From: Antechinus flavipes
Lineage: Eukaryota
Direction of reading: 5' to 3'
Assembly: GCF_016432865.1 (NCBI RefSeq)
Contig: NC_067403.1
Span: forward strand, 250,666,001-250,730,000
DNA: 64,000 nucleotides
Part shown: in pieces, positions 21,339 through 35,617 of the stretch
How the letters are laid out: each line of letters begins with the position of its first letter
How positions within the stretch are numbered: the stretch's first letter is position 1
The notes under the pieces: model-generated
Told to the model about the DNA's origin: nothing
Databases searched by the model: none
Seen by the model: only the letters and a program-made list of their open reading frames with translations
Made by a program: the position numbers and the translations under genes

Positions 21339-23829
21339 ATTGTGCATAGATGTATGTCTGCTACAGGTCAATGACTATAGTTATACTTACAGGACAGGAG
21401 GTGAGATTATACATAATCACTGAATTCAGGGGTACTGAATTTTAGCAATGCTGTCTAAATGGTGAAATTCTGAGAGTAAATGATGGGATATTTGGAAGTT
21501 TGGAGAATGAATTCTAATGCTGATTTAGGAATTAAGATTTGGGAAAGTGGCTGAGATTTAGAAGTATGTTTGTGAAGTAGAAGGTTAATATAGGTTGATC
21601 GATTTATCTATCCATTTTTCATTCTACCTATCTAATCATCTATATAATTTATCAATCACCACTTAGTTACTATATTCATATATTTAAATATACATATATG
21701 AGTGTGTAAATAGTATTTCATATATCTAAATTTATACAGTTTATATATATATGTGCATATATATATATTTCTATATATGTATCCATTTATTTCTCTGTTA
21801 TCTATCTCTCTATATATTTTTCTCCATAGCATTTTTCTATATCCATATATCTAGTCCTATATCTATTTCTCTTAATCTCTATCCTATCATCCTCTCATGT
21901 CTTGTCCATCTGCATTGATAAACATAAGTTCTTTCCATCAGGTGCCTATAGACATAAAATCACAAAGTAAATTAGTTCATCTTCATAGAGCTGACCTGGG
22001 GAAATAGATTCATTTTACACATTAAGAAATATCACGCAGAGATAATAGCAGTTATAAATGTTGGCTTTGGTAGGGGCAGTGCAGATTGTCAAGACTGTTA
22101 ATTTTCTAGATGCTTGACTTGGTGCTGAGAAGGAAACATGAAAGAGTGACGGTGAAATTCTTAGGAAGAGGTAAAATTAACTGTGAAAATCATATTTCTT
22201 GAATTCCCTGTTCTATCTTCTCATCATTGATCCAGATAGAGACACATTCCCTAGGTTTTCTCTAACTTGGGGAAAGATGCTCTCATAAGAATAAGGAGAA
22301 ACTTTACCCACCTCAGTCACAGAAAAGATTCGAAGTGAGGATAAAAGGGGAATTTATTCAGCTAGGCATTTTTCACCTGATAAATAAAATACGTGCTGAA
22401 GATGGCAGTTCAAGTTTGGGAGCAGAAATGAGACATCTGTTTGCTTGATTTTTCAGAAAGCCATGTCCCTAATGTAGACTGTCTTAGCAAGACTGAAGAG
22501 GCACATCCAAGCAGTAAAATGGCAACTAATGCTTATGTGTAAACTCAGAATCAGAGCTTTTGAAATGCCCATCAAGTGCATAAAAGGCAGGACAAGAGAA
22601 ATGAGTTAACAAAGGAAAGAAAAAAATATGTGAGACTCATTTTGGAAGAGATGACATTTCTACTGTGTGAATTTCTCTTTAGTTTAAGCCTATGACACAA
22701 ATCTTAAACAATATATATTAAATATTTGAATTGGGGGACAGAGTAATTAAGCAGATGAAGAGTACTGTAAAGAGTGCTTGGCCTGAAATGAGGAAGACTC
22801 CATTTCATGGGTTCAAATATGACCTCAGATATTTACCAGTTGTGTAATCCTGAGCAAATCGCTTAATACTGTTTACCTTATTTCCTTATCTTTTATATCT
22901 ATAGGAGATAATGACAAACTACTCCAATATTTTTGCTTCCAAAAACCCAAATGGGAATATAGAGAATTGGAGACAATTGAAAAATGACTTAACATCAACA
23001 TAGCTGTTTGTACTTTTTTTTCTTTTTGAGGGAAAATGCATTTAGAGATATAATAACTGGCTTCAAGTTCTGACTTTACAAGTAATGGTTTCAGATACTT
23101 TGTACAAAATAACTGAATCAATTTGGGCCTTGCTTTATTATCCTGTGAACAATACTACCAATAACATGAACTTAATTGTATATAAAGTCTGAGTGCTTTG
23201 AAAACAATTTTGTGAAAACAAGTCTATGCAATATTAATTAAAAAGATAATCTTCCCCTCATGTTTCTCTCTCTTGCTTTCTCTCTATATTACTCTTTCAA
23301 TCTCTCATTCAAATTAAGATTTATATATAGGTATATAGATAAATGTATAGGTATAGAAGTATATATGTATATGTATACAGAAAGCTATGTAGAGATGTAT
23401 GTAAACAACTATATGTATTTATATATATATACATATATGTATATGCGCTCACACATATATGTGTGTATATACATTGTACAAAATCTATTTCTGCCTTTTG
23501 GAGTGATGTCCTCTCTATTATATTTGTAGGAGTTCACATTCCTAATGTTTACCATGTTTAATTTCCTCTGGTCATTCTGCAAGGTTAAATATTTAAAACT
23601 CTGCTCTGGGACTACTGGAATTAGCCTCATTGTTTCTGCTGTGAGCTCTGCTTTCAGTTGATTTTGATCTTACAATATAATTTTGCTTTTGTTCAGGTTT
23701 AATGTGACAAAACAGCTTCCAATTTCTACCTGAACAAGTATTTTAATTGTTTCTTCTTTTCAACACTTTGGGCCTCCCTGATACTTAAATTTGCATTTAT
23801 TTTCAGTTAAATTACAGCACAGCAGCAGG

Positions 23830-24783
23830 ATGGGCAACTTCTCAATCATCACTGAGTTCCTCCTCATGGAGTTTTCCAGCACACGGGAGCTGCAGGTCTT
23901 ACATGCTGTGCTGTTCCTGCTGATTTACCTGGCAGCCCTTCTGGGGAATTTTCTCACCTGTGCTGCAATTATCACTGACCCACACCTTCACTGTCCTATG
24001 TATTTTTTCCTGAGTAACTTATCCCTGCTGGATATCGGCAACATCTCAGTCACGCTTCCTAAATTCATTGTGAATTCTTTGTGTGGTATTCAGTCCCTGT
24101 CCCTCCTGGGCTGTGCTGCCCAGATGTTCTTCTTTATTCTTTTTGCAGCCACAGAGTTTGCTTTGCTTGTGGCCATGTCCTATGACCGCTATGTGGCCAT
24201 CTGCCAGCCCCTCCACTATGGTATCATCATGACTCCAACACGTTGTCTCTGGGCAGCAGCTGGATCATGGCTCAGCGGGCTTCTTTATTCAGCTGTACAC
24301 ACAGTGAACATGTTCCGCCTGCCCTTCTCAGGATCCAATGTGATCCACCAGTTTTTCTGTGACATCCCTCATGTCTTGAAAGTCTCAGCCTCTGATGTGT
24401 TTAATACTGAGTTTGTATTAATTGTAGCAAGTTCATGTTTTTTGTTATTTTGCTTTGCCTTTTTAATCGCATCCTACGCTCGCATCTTCTCCAGTGTGCT
24501 CAAGATTCCTTCTGTGGAAGGGCGCTACAAGGCCATTTCCACATGCTCCCCTCAGTTGATGATCATCATGTTATTTCTCTCTTCTTCAATGATGGCAGTT
24601 TTCAGGGATACATCAGACACATCACCTATCCAAAACCTTTTAACTGCAATGGCCTACACAACACTGCCTTCACTGTTGAACCCTCTTATTTATAGTCTGA
24701 GGAACAAGAAGGTCACAGCTGCCATGGGCAAAATGATCAAGAAAATATTTTATCTCAAGAAATATTCATCCTTGAAAACTTAA
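23830..24783 (+). CDS. Olfactory receptor, OR14-like (OR2, 317 aa)
   Basis: Intact ORF from the ATG at 23830 (the ORF track starts at an upstream TTG). MSYDRYVAICQPLHY, KAISTC and NPLIYSLRN present; close paralog of OR1. Confidence 0.96.
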   Translation: MGNFSIITEFLLMEFSSTRELQVLHAVLFLLIYLAALLGNFLTCAAIITDPHLHCPMYFFLSNLSLLDIGNISVTLPKFIVNSLCGIQSLSLLGCAAQMFFFILFAATEFALLVAMSYDRYVAICQPLHYGIIMTPTRCLWAAAGSWLSGLLYSAVHTVNMFRLPFSGSNVIHQFFCDIPHVLKVSASDVFNTEFVLIVASSCFLLFCFAFLIASYARIFSSVLKIPSVEGRYKAISTCSPQLMIIMLFLSSSMMAVFRDTSDTSPIQNLLTAMAYTTLPSLLNPLIYSLRNKKVTAAMGKMIKKIFYLKKYSSLKT

Positions 24784-25429
24784 AAATGCTGAAGAATAAA
24801 TATTTGGCATGTCAAATTGTAAGATTTATTATTTCTAAGTAATATCTTTTGATTTTACTTGCTGAATTCTGGTTTTCAAGGACTTATTTTCTTCCTTAAT
24901 ACTTTGTATTTCTTTGTCCAATTAATTAGCTTTCTTTTCATAAGAAATTCAATTTCTTGAATTGCTTTTGTTTTTTTCCCTAACTTTTCTTCATTGTCGC
25001 TTACTTGACTATAGTTGAGCAAATTGAGGAACAGGGAGTTTAATTTCCCAGGGAACTATTATATACATATATGACTGTGAATCTATGTATATTAGTGTAT
25101 ATGTATATGTATATGTATAAATAAATGTGTGCATCTGTGTATATACATATATACATGTATATATATTAGATATATACTTTTCCCTTTATGTTTCCTGCAT
25201 TTACTATTGCATCTAGAAGTATAAATGCCTTTTCTCTCCTGGTGGATTCCCTTTCTAATAGCATACAGTTAAGTCAATTGGTACAATTAATAGCTCTTTT
25301 GAAGTGATCATGTATGTTTGAACTTGCACAATTTGAAGTTTTAATTATAAAAATATAGAAATTGTTTTTAATCCAAGGGATTACATAAAGTAAAATGAAG
25401 AATTTTGATTAAATTAAAATCTATCTAGA

Positions 25430-26300
25430 GTGAGAGAGATGAGTCAAATCTATAATAATATAAGTCATCTCCCAAGTGATAGTCACTTTCGATAAGAAAA
25501 AGATACCTCTGAGATACTAACTCTTATCTATCAGATTGCTAATATGACAGGAATGGAAAATGATATGTGGGAGGGGTAAAATTGGGACACTACTGCATTG
25601 GTGATGTTATAAAGTAGCCCTACCATTTTGGAGAATACTTTGGAACTTTGCTCAAAGGGCTTCCAAATTTCAAATGCCTTTTGACTCAGCAATATCATCA
25701 ATAAAGCTGCAAACAAAAAATGTTCCAAAAATAAAGGAAAAGGAAATATGTACAATTATATTTATAGAGATCCTAGAAAGAAAATTTATAACAATATCAT
25801 AAATAAATTTCAAAATTCCCAGGTTAAATAGAAAATATTGAAAGGAACAAGACAAAGAATTTAAATACTGAAGTAAAACAATCTGGATTTCACAAAATCT
25901 ATACTTAAAGACCATAGGTCTTGCAACATTATATTTCAAAGAACAAAAGAATGAGTTATATCCAAGAGTAAATTGTCCAAAAAGAATTGAATGAAATTGT
26001 GAATGAAAAAATATAGATGTTTGATGAATTCAAAGACTCAGATATTTGTAGCAAATATAAGAGAATTAAATGGAAAATTTGGTATAAAAAAACTAAGAAG
26101 AAATATAAGGAAATCATAAGACTAATTATAAGGCACTGATTTAGATCAAACTATTATGTATGATATATAGAAATTTTTTTTGTATTCTTAAAACTGTCAT
26201 TATTAAAAAGACATTTTGAAGAAAAGGTTGGGGCTGAGTTGTATAGGGTTCAGTGATTTTAAAAAATAAAATTGACACAGAAGAAGGAATATAGAAGAAC
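25430..26300 (+). mobile_element. Scrambled old L1 fragments (ORF2 3' and ORF1-like pieces)
   Basis: ccattttggagaatactttggaactttgctcaaaggg, ttttgactcagcaatatc and ccaggttaaatagaaaatattg resemble L1 ORF2 and ORF1 ends. Confidence 0.6.
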
Positions 26301-29300
26301 TAATACAGAAGTGAACAGAGGACATAGATTAAGATTAGGAGGATGGAAAGAGAAAACAAGGGAGGAACCTTATTTGAATTGCTTCATTTCTTCCTGTACT
26401 AAGGAGCTGTTAGGACCATCTTGAATTGTTAGCTGGTCAAGAAAGATACTGTTTTCTATGACATCAGATGAGACATATGCATTAATGTTTGAATAGGTAT
26501 CATCCCATGAACGATATAAGTTGCAGATAATAATGAAAAAGATGAGGAGGAGGAAGGTACTGATGCTGATGAAGATAGCATCTACTTAACACTTTATGAT
26601 TTGCCCAGTTCTTTACCAAAATTATTTCATTTTGTACACACAATAATCCTAGGATGTAGGTGCAACCATTATTCTTATCTGTGGATGAAAAAACTGAGTG
26701 AGAAAGGTTAAGTAACTAATCCAAGGCTGTACACCTAGTAAGAATCTGAAACTTGACTCAGATATTGTTTCTAGATCTAACACTCTACTCCACCACCTTT
26801 AGAACAAGGGTGTCACTCAAGATAAGCTGAGTGAGGATTTGTTAGATATTTTGGGATCAAAAGAATGGAAAGGAATATACAAACTGTGGAGAAAGTCAAT
26901 AGAAACCACTGAAGGCCATTTTGATTAGAATGATTAATAGAAATGGAAGATGTATCCTGCTCCACAGAGATTAAGTGTCTAATTGAGTTCTTTTTTGTAG
27001 GAATGGGCAGTTGTAGTCTGGAGAAGCAATGCTCTTGAAATTTTTGTTTTAAAATGAAAAAAATTCTTCTAGGAGGGATTAATATCAAGAGTGTGGTTAA
27101 CCAAGAAAAAGAATGAATGATAAGAAATTACTCAATTGTATTTTTTTAGGGAAATAAGTATATTTTAGGGAAATTTTTATTTTGTATTTTTCATTTATTA
27201 TCATTACTTAACATTCTATCTCTTATATATATTTGTTGATGGTTTTTTGTTTATTTTTTCTCCTCTCCCCATTTTGGTATGAAAATTAACCAATGGTTTA
27301 AAAAAAAAAGTCATGTAATGTAAAATACTAGGAACCAGGAAAGCTTTGTTCTAATTTTGTTCCTTAAATAATTATAATTGTGCAAAATATTCCTACGGGT
27401 GTCTATTTGCCTTTGGGATAATAAATTTTACATTAAATATTAAGGTGTGAAAAGAACATTCCTTCATTAAGTCTATGATATCAATTTTTTTCTCAAATCC
27501 TATCAGATATTTACTAGGTATGTGATTTTAGACTCATCATTTACCCTTCTTGCCTTTAGTTTCCCCACAGGTAATATGAAGATGGCAGAAGCAATTACAA
27601 CAAGTATTTGTCATCAAATTAGGATGGAAAATAGCTTTAAGGCATAATATCAATACTAGTGATCCTCATCATCATCACTATCACCATCATGTTCATTATC
27701 AATGGGGTTCAGAAAGAAATAATCCTGGAGCCTTGTATTTTATTTGCTTAATATTTTGTGTGTGTGTGTGTGTGTGTGTGCGCGCACATGCATTTTATTT
27801 TTACTTCTCTACATGATTTATATCTTCAATACATTGTAGAATTCTTGAGCAAATGTCCCTTTTCTTCATATTTGTTTTGAATTTATTCCAGCACTTTTTA
27901 ATCTCTTGTACATTGTAAGGATATGACGAATGACTTTTTGTTTAAACTGAATTGTGCATTTAGAGATAGACAGTATTGTGCTGAGGAAAATGTTCCAATT
28001 TAGAGATAGGAGATGAGTTCCAATCCTCAGTCTGCCAATAATTACTTGCCAGGGATTCAGGTAAGTTCGATTTACCTTTCTGAGCCTTAGATTACTTATT
28101 GATAAAATGAAAAGCTTAGGTTCAATGACCTCTAACGTGTCTTAGATATTTAAAATTATAATCCTGACGTTTTTCTTCTAAGGAACTTCAAGCATAAACT
28201 TACATAGCATTATTTTTTGTATTTCCCTATTATATTTATTTGATCCAAAAAGTCTAGATACTAAAATCTTCCATACTACTGAACGAGCCTACAAGTCAGG
28301 CTTGTGATTTACTTCCCGAACAAATCATTTAGGGTTTTTTTCTTTTCTGTCAAAATCAGAGCATAATAAACTACTTATTTGAATTAATGTCAGTTTCATT
28401 CATCAAAATGTTAAAGATCCAACAAAGGTCAATTCCATTCTGGATTTAATTGTCACAAACTATGAAGAACTAGTCAGTGTGGTAGAAACTATGAGAAAAC
28501 TAAGGGAAAAAAAGGTTTTGATACAATAAAGAACATAAAATCAATAGAAATCTAAAACATAAGCCTGATTTTGAGAAATCAGATTTCCAAAGGTTACTGA
28601 ATAAATTATATTTAAATTATTCCATAGACTAAAGTGATTTAGGAGAAGTTAGCATAGGATGCAAGTTGCTCAAGTAAGGAGAAAAAAAAAATGAAATTTA
28701 TTGTAAGAAAACAATATGAAAATATAAATGATGTGTAAGCTAACTTAGATTTTAAGAGAAAATATAAAAAGATGGAAAGAAGGCCAGAAAACAGGATGAA
28801 TATGAGTAATTATCCTATAAAAATGTCAGAAGTACAGAAGTTAAGAATAAACCAAAGTGTGCAAATAACTGACACATCCATGAGTACTTAAGATGAAGAC
28901 ACATTGCCCAGCCATATAACAATGGTTGAGCTACACATATGAGCACTACACAAATGAGAACTAAAAAGAACCATGAACCAGAGCTTTTCAGTTCACATAA
29001 CAACCTAGGTTCCCTTCATATATTAAGCATATCATTAATCTCACCAACCCTAGACTCCTCTATATTGCTATTTGATACCAAAATGTGACATCAGAATCAA
29101 TGTGAAAGACATTAATTTAAAACTATTCTATGTTTTTCTCACATTATTTGCTCACATTTTTCAAAACTTTCTCAATGTTATTCCATTAAATTCATCTATT
29201 TATAAAACTTCATTTTTCAACAGGCATTTAAAGTGTGAATTCTTCAAAGATTTCCATGAACATTGAACTTTAAAATCATCTCTTCCTACACCTTGAAAAA

Positions 29301-30170
29301 AATTTTTGTGCCTTTTATCAGGGTCTTTTCCATTATAGCACCTCATACTCATGCTGGGTTTTTCTTGATCAAACATGAGCTATTTAAAAACAGATAAATT
29401 CTCTAATTTGATCCTATGCACATTATAGAACATCAATTAATTTAGTGAACTGAATAGAAATTCCTGTGATTCCCACACTCTGTTTTTCTTATCATGTTTA
29501 ACAATTTTATATGCCTCTAATGTGTATATTATATATTGTTGAGTATTCTGATTATCTATATACAATAAATTAATCCACTATTTGACTTTATGAGTCAAAT
29601 AAACACTGAAAATATTGGTTGTTCTTATGCAAACATATTACTTAATATGACCCTGAGAATTTTTGCTGAATTATAAATGACAATCAGTTATTATTAAATA
29701 TGTCATGAGTTTTTCTTTCTCAATTTTTATTTTATAATTTAAAATATTTCTACTTTTCCTTTGTTTACTTCTCAAATTATTATCTATCTTCTTTCCTGTA
29801 AATAAGTTGAATCTTTCACGTAAAGGGCAGTTTTATTGAAGGAATGGACTGCTTTTCATTTTGAATTTTCTTATCCCAGAATGAAGAGTAGTGTCTTTCA
29901 TGTAGTAAATTATTAATAAATATTTGCTTAATTTGTTGTATTTGATGTACACTTATACATTAATATTTTTGGATGGAATGTGAAACATTTGGCATTGGAT
30001 TCAAATATTCACATTTGGCCCAATAGTTCTGTAGTGCAGCACTGAATTGTTCTTAATACCAATTTAGCTACTAAATATTTATAGACCTTTGAGGAAATAT
30101 TCTGAGTTATATCATCCCCAAAATTTGGGGATTGATTCAGAAGATCTTTATGCTTCCTATAAACTTTAAC

Positions 30171-30670
30171 TGTTGTGCCACAGTTCCCTTTTAATGTCCT
30201 GACCCAATTTCCCTAATTGTCCTATTCAGTTACTCTGCCTCAGGTTATAACCATTCCCTCTTTATGTTAGGATAAAGGTCTTATATCTTAGACCTTAGGC
30301 TATAATCATTCCTTTTTAATGTTTGATGGGATAAAGGTCTTTATCCATTTTAGACATCATTAGAATATCAGAAGCCTCTCTAGTACCTCCCTTCATTATG
30401 TCATCCTAGGTGCCTGCCTCCATTATGTCATCCTCATCCTAGAATCCTTCCACCATTAAGTCATCCCCATCCAGGTACCTCCCCCATTATGTCATCAGTC
30501 TTGTAACCCTATAAAAGAATCTTATATCTGACATTCACTGCTGGATTCTTGGAGACGATATTCTCATGGGACCAAACCACGGTTCAAATTTGATCCTAAT
30601 ATATCTCTCCATTTAATGAATTATTAAATACTCTCTAATCTCTATCTTGCTCAGTTTCTCCAGCATTACA
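30171..30670 (+). mobile_element. Solo LTR, ERV1-type (same family as 62208-62649)
   Basis: TG...CA ends, TATA-like cctataaaa near 30508, internal cattatgtcatcc repeats, flanks taac/tacc (probable 4-bp TSD with one mismatch). Confidence 0.85.
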
Positions 30671-30834
30671 TACCAAATATAGATCTACTACTTATGTTTT
30701 GTGAAATATTCCTCTTCCCAATTCAATTCTGAGATTGTTAAGATGCCATCTAAGCAAACAGTTAAATTTTTTCTGATGCTTTTTCTTTAATAAGCTACTG
30801 ACATTAAAAAAAGACAAAAATCACCATCATCAAC

Positions 30835-31442
30835 TGTTAGAATCCTACTGATAACTCAGTGGAGTTGATAGAAACAATGCTTATTGGTTCACACATTAAG
30901 TGAATCCTTACAAGGTGTTAAGTCACTAGAATTGATAGAAACAATGCTTATACCTTTGAGAGTTCACACATTAGCTTACACATTGGAATTCACAAGTTCG
31001 GGAGATTCACAAGTCAGAAACTCTACAATCCCACTCTCTCAGAGGAGGAGTCAACCTTTGGGTTCATACCTTTAAGAGATCATATATAAGAAGCTCTTAG
31101 AGCTTCAGTCAGTCAGTTCAGTTGAAAAGATTGAGAGGGGAGCATCAGTTGGAGATTGAGAAGCCACGAGTTGGAGTGAGCTAGAGGCAGAAGCTGGAAG
31201 AGCTAAAAGACAAGCTGCAAGAGCTCTTGGAACCAAGGAGGGAGAGAGGCCTCTAAAAAAGCTAACTGGACCCAAGGAAAGAGGCGAGACTTGGAAGGAG
31301 AAAATAAACGTTTGGATTTTATCACCTGGCTGCATTTGAAGTGATTATAATGTTGAACTGAAACTGACTGCCTCCAGAAAACCTCCCCAAGAAACCTGCT
31401 CCCAGAGAGCCATCATATTATACAAAAGAAGAGAACACCACA
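30835..31442 (+). mobile_element. Solo LTR (608 bp) with 6-bp TSD
   Basis: tgttag...caccaca; TSD atcaac at 30829-30834 and 31443-31448; catatataag TATA and downstream aataaa. Confidence 0.9.
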
Positions 31443-31979
31443 ATCAACAACCTATTATTTTCTCATATTTCAATTTCCAGCTGCCATGACTGTAGACACC
31501 ATCTTTTTTTTTTTTTTTACATTGTACATTCCACATTTTCATTCCACATTTTGTTGGAGATTTTGAATCTTTAATGGAGAATTTAATAGGAAGTATCAAT
31601 AATATTTCTAATTACCATATGAATACTATATTATTATCTTTGTAAGCTTGATTTTTTTTTGTTTTGCTTTGCTTTTTATTCAATGTAGTAACCATATCAT
31701 TTTATCTACATTAACCCAAATTTTGTCAGTGCTGAAGACTGGGTCTCAAAATAAATTTCCATTAAATGAAGAACCATGTAGAAAGTCAAGGTGTAGCATT
31801 TTCAGTGTTACTGAGTGACTTCTGAATAGTACAATGAAGAAAAGATAGAAAAGTTCTCAAAAGGTCAGTCATTAATATCTCCTCTATCCATGGATCAAGA
31901 ACTGTTGAGATAGAGCTATCTAGGCTTGACAATGACAAATCAAAGGGTTAAAGATACGTTAAAGATGTTGAATGGTTAA

Positions 31980-32450
31980 TATCCTTCATTCTCAAAGAGG
32001 ACCAAAACATCACAAATTACAATGTGTCTGTGGTGGATCAGACCTATATGCACTTGAAATGCTCTTCCCGGGGTCAGCCACAAATAAACCCTATGAACAT
32101 TTGGAATAGATTATCCAACTTTGCATAACTCCAGTTGTTTCTGAGCTAATTCAATTCTGCTTTGCTCATAAGAGCACAGCACTTATGATGAGGTCATCAA
32201 TTTGGATGGTCCTGGGCCAATGTTTCCCATAACATACAATCGATTCTAAAGTTCTTAATAGATACATTAAGAGTGTCCTTATTTGGCTTTTTTCTGACCA
32301 TCTTATGAAAGCTTGCCCTGTAGAGTTCTCCATAAAATAGTCTTTTTAGAAAGCGCACATTTGGTCATAGAACATTGTACCCAGTACAACAGAGTTGTTC
32401 TTTCTGCAGTAGAGTTGAAAAGCTTAGCAATTTAATTTGAGAAATGACCT
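31980..32450. mobile_element. Marsupial RTE-related repeat fragment
   Basis: tccttcattctcaaagaggacc...caattctgctttgctcataagagcacagc resembles marsupial RTE-clade elements; recognised from memory, not searched. Confidence 0.55.
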
Positions 32451-33849
32451 CCATGTCTGATAGCTTAGCCTGCCACAGGATCTTCAGAATCTTCTTAAAG
32501 CAATCCCAATGGAAGTGATTCACTTTTCCCCTGAAAGTCCATGCATTTTTCTATACATAAATTAAATATGTTTACGTTATATTTTGATATATACATATAT
32601 ATATTTATGCATATGCATATATAAATGCATGTATATTTGAAAACTAGACAGTTATGCATATTTCTGTAGACTCAATATTTTTTTTTTCCTCAGGACAATC
32701 AATGTTGTTCCTATAAAGTACATTTAGGGTAAAGCAACTTAAATGACCTTTCATTTTGGATCAGATTGAAGGCTACATGGAAGATCTTCATGAATTACAG
32801 AAGTTGTAATGGACCATATAAAATTAAAGTGTGAACTCCTTTCTCCATGTTATTAATAAAAGGGCCTCTACCTCAATTAGTATACATAATAATCCTAGAA
32901 TGTAGTTATAATAATTATCCTTATTTGTGGATTAAAAAATTAAGATAGACAGAAGCCAAACAGCTAATCCAAGGTGTCACAACAAGTAAGAGTCTGAAAC
33001 CTGATTTAAATTCAGATCTTCCTGCTTCTAGGTCTAGCATTCGATTCTACCACCTAGATTACCACTTCAGATATAATGAAAGAGAACTTGCTAAATAAAT
33101 CAGGATCAAAAGGATAGGAAGGAATATTCAAGTTGAGCAGAAATTAAGAGAAATTGCTGAAGGCCAATTTTTATCAGAATGATTAATAGAAATGGGAGAT
33201 GTTCCCTGTCTCAGGAAGACAAAGGGTCTGATTAAAGCTTTCTTTGCAAGAATGGGTAAATTATAGCCCAGAGAAGCAATGCAAATGCAATTTTTTTTGT
33301 CTAAAAGAAAAGCACCTCATTGTAGAATGGATTGGCCTCAAGACTAGAATTAACCAAGAATAAGAATAGATCAGGTAACACATTTGTAATGTGTCTAGGT
33401 TTGTTATGTTTATAAGAATATCTTAAGGAAAATGTTTAATATTTTTTATTTATCATTATTATTTATCAAGTATCTAACCAAAATTCTCTCAGTGTGGAAA
33501 TATGGATCCCCAAATAAATTTCCTTTAAATGATGAACCATTAAGAAATTGAAGGAGAAATATCTTTAGTGTTTCAGAGTATCTTCTGAAAGGTAAAGTGA
33601 AGCAAAAAAATGTCAGAGCTCTCAGAAAGTCAGTCAATCATAAAACTTTTTTATGGAATATTTCCTTTATGTTGTTTGGGATGGAGAAATCTATGTATCC
33701 ATATTTTTTTGACATTGATTGATGAAGGGATCTCCAGGAATTGTAGACATGGAGTAGGATGATTCAAAGACCAGATTTTACTGAGGTAAGGGTTTTAGAG
33801 AAGAAGTAATTTTAGAAATATACAAATGATTTCAGAGCTAATTCTGGGC

Positions 33850-34425
33850 ATTTAGAAGATTTTGAGGCTTCCAACATCCTATGGTCTCAGAAGAGGTGTG
33901 GTCACTGCTCTCCTGGGCTACACTCTGGTCTTTATCCAGGAATCTGATCTCTTGGACTTGAACTGATACTGCTCCTTAGGGCTTCCATTTCCTATGGACA
34001 GAAACTGCTCCTCCTTATCCTTGAACTTTGACTCAGAAGTGGTTATATGCAATGGAGTTGTCAAAACAGTTTTTGTCCTGCATCCAGGGCTAGCACTGAA
34101 GATCCCTGTAGTTTCTTTCAGTTGTCAGGTCCCCTTACCATCTCTGTTCTGGAAGTTCCCAAACTTTCTTTTCCTTCTGTCATCACTACCAAGTCCTACC
34201 ACTGATATTTTATCCATGTGGCCACTGGGCCAGCATCCACCCCTAGGTGACAAGTGTCTTTTTCCAAACTCCACAGATGTTTTGGCCTGAAAGACTGTCT
34301 CACTCTGACCTATTGTTGGCTCTGCCTCTCTAATTTAATTGGAGAAATTTAAATTTGTTTTCTGGAAAATGTTGGAATAACTCAGCTGAATTCCTTGTTC
34401 CACCATCTTGGTTCTGCTCTTGTAA
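33850..34425 (-). mobile_element. Old L1 5'UTR fragment, antisense to OR3 (paralog 55355-55870, + strand)
   Basis: L1 5' terminus agagcagaaccaagat(g/a)gtg followed by caaattctagactggcagag; clear inverted similarity between the two copies. Confidence 0.65.
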
Positions 34426-35599
34426 GTTTCTGGGCTTCCTTTTCAGGAATAAAAATCTCTTTCAAATTATTTTGTCCAAGAGTTTAATTTGACTTAGGTC
34501 AGTAGGATAAGGTGGTAATAGTCAACAGGCTGTTAGGAAAGAAAAGGATTAACTATGTTTCACTCATGTCATCTCCTTTATATTTATGTATTTATTGTGT
34601 ATATTATGCATTTATATATGCATAAATATGCATAAATAATTCTCTATGTATACATACATATTTATTTTGCATAGATAAAAATGTGTAGAATTTTTTTGGC
34701 GGGGATAAATGCCCAATAACATTTCATTCATATCTGTGTATGTGTATGATGTGTGTTTGCATATACATACAAACACACAAACACAACAAGAAATGATAGT
34801 AGGTAGGATTCTGATCCAAGTATAGGTATGAATATATATGAATATGTATATGTATGAATATATATATAGAAACACATACAAGTAATAGTATAATGAAATA
34901 GTACAATAGTAGAATGAAATCAGGAATTTAGGAGCTGGGCAGGGAAAATCTTATACATTTTTGGCCTTATAAAAGGGGTATATGTGAGGGATTATTTTGT
35001 AAAGCTTATTAAATAGTACATAACAGTCAGATCTGTGCTTTGGCAAGGCCACGATGATAACTGAATGAAGGATAGACTGGAATGAAGAGAGACAAAGAAG
35101 AGATAAGAACAGGAAGTTTATTTCAATAGGATCTTTTAAAGTCAGAAAAATGGATACTGCTCTCATGCAGCAGACATTCTATTAAATTTGAAAAAGAATA
35201 TAAAAAAACACATTTAAAATATATACACACCCAATGCATGTGCAAATATATATGCACAAATATGCTATATATATATGTATATATTTATATATACATATCT
35301 GTATATAGGTTATATAGATTAGAGGTAGAAATATAGATAGATGGATGGATGGATGGAAGGAAGGAAGGATGGAAGGAAGGAAGGAAAATAAATATGACTG
35401 TCTTGATATACACATTTTTTCCCAATGAAAACCAGTATCCTTTAGAAATACACTTAAAAGAAACCAAATAAAATGAACTTGCATTTTGGACTATATTGAA
35501 TGGAAGATCCTCATGGACTACAGAAGTCCTAATGGACCAAATAATATGAAAGGGTGAAGTCCTTTCTTCATGTTGCTAATAAAAAGACCTTTACCTCAA

Positions 35600-35617
35600 T
35601 TAATTACACTCAAGGGA
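35600..35617 (+). promoter_or_regulatory. Homeodomain + O/E composite motif upstream of OR3
   Basis: ttaattacactcaaggga. Confidence 0.7.

Larger units (their letters stand above)
19370..25370 (+). repeat. Segmental duplication unit carrying OR2
   Basis: Collinear with 10330-15700. Confidence 0.92.
26641..32880 (+). pseudogene. Orphan, degenerate OR upstream module with no coding exon
   Basis: Three collinear blocks (26641-27200, 31680-31880, 32560-32880) match the OR3 upstream blocks 32888-33440, 33450-33650 and 35200-35607. No OR ORF follows. Confidence 0.7.

Noticed and set aside
23260-23630. Y/I/M/C-rich ORFs here and at 34612-35484, 54261-54669 and 61620-61871
   Set aside because: They are translations of (TA)/(CA)-rich low-complexity DNA.
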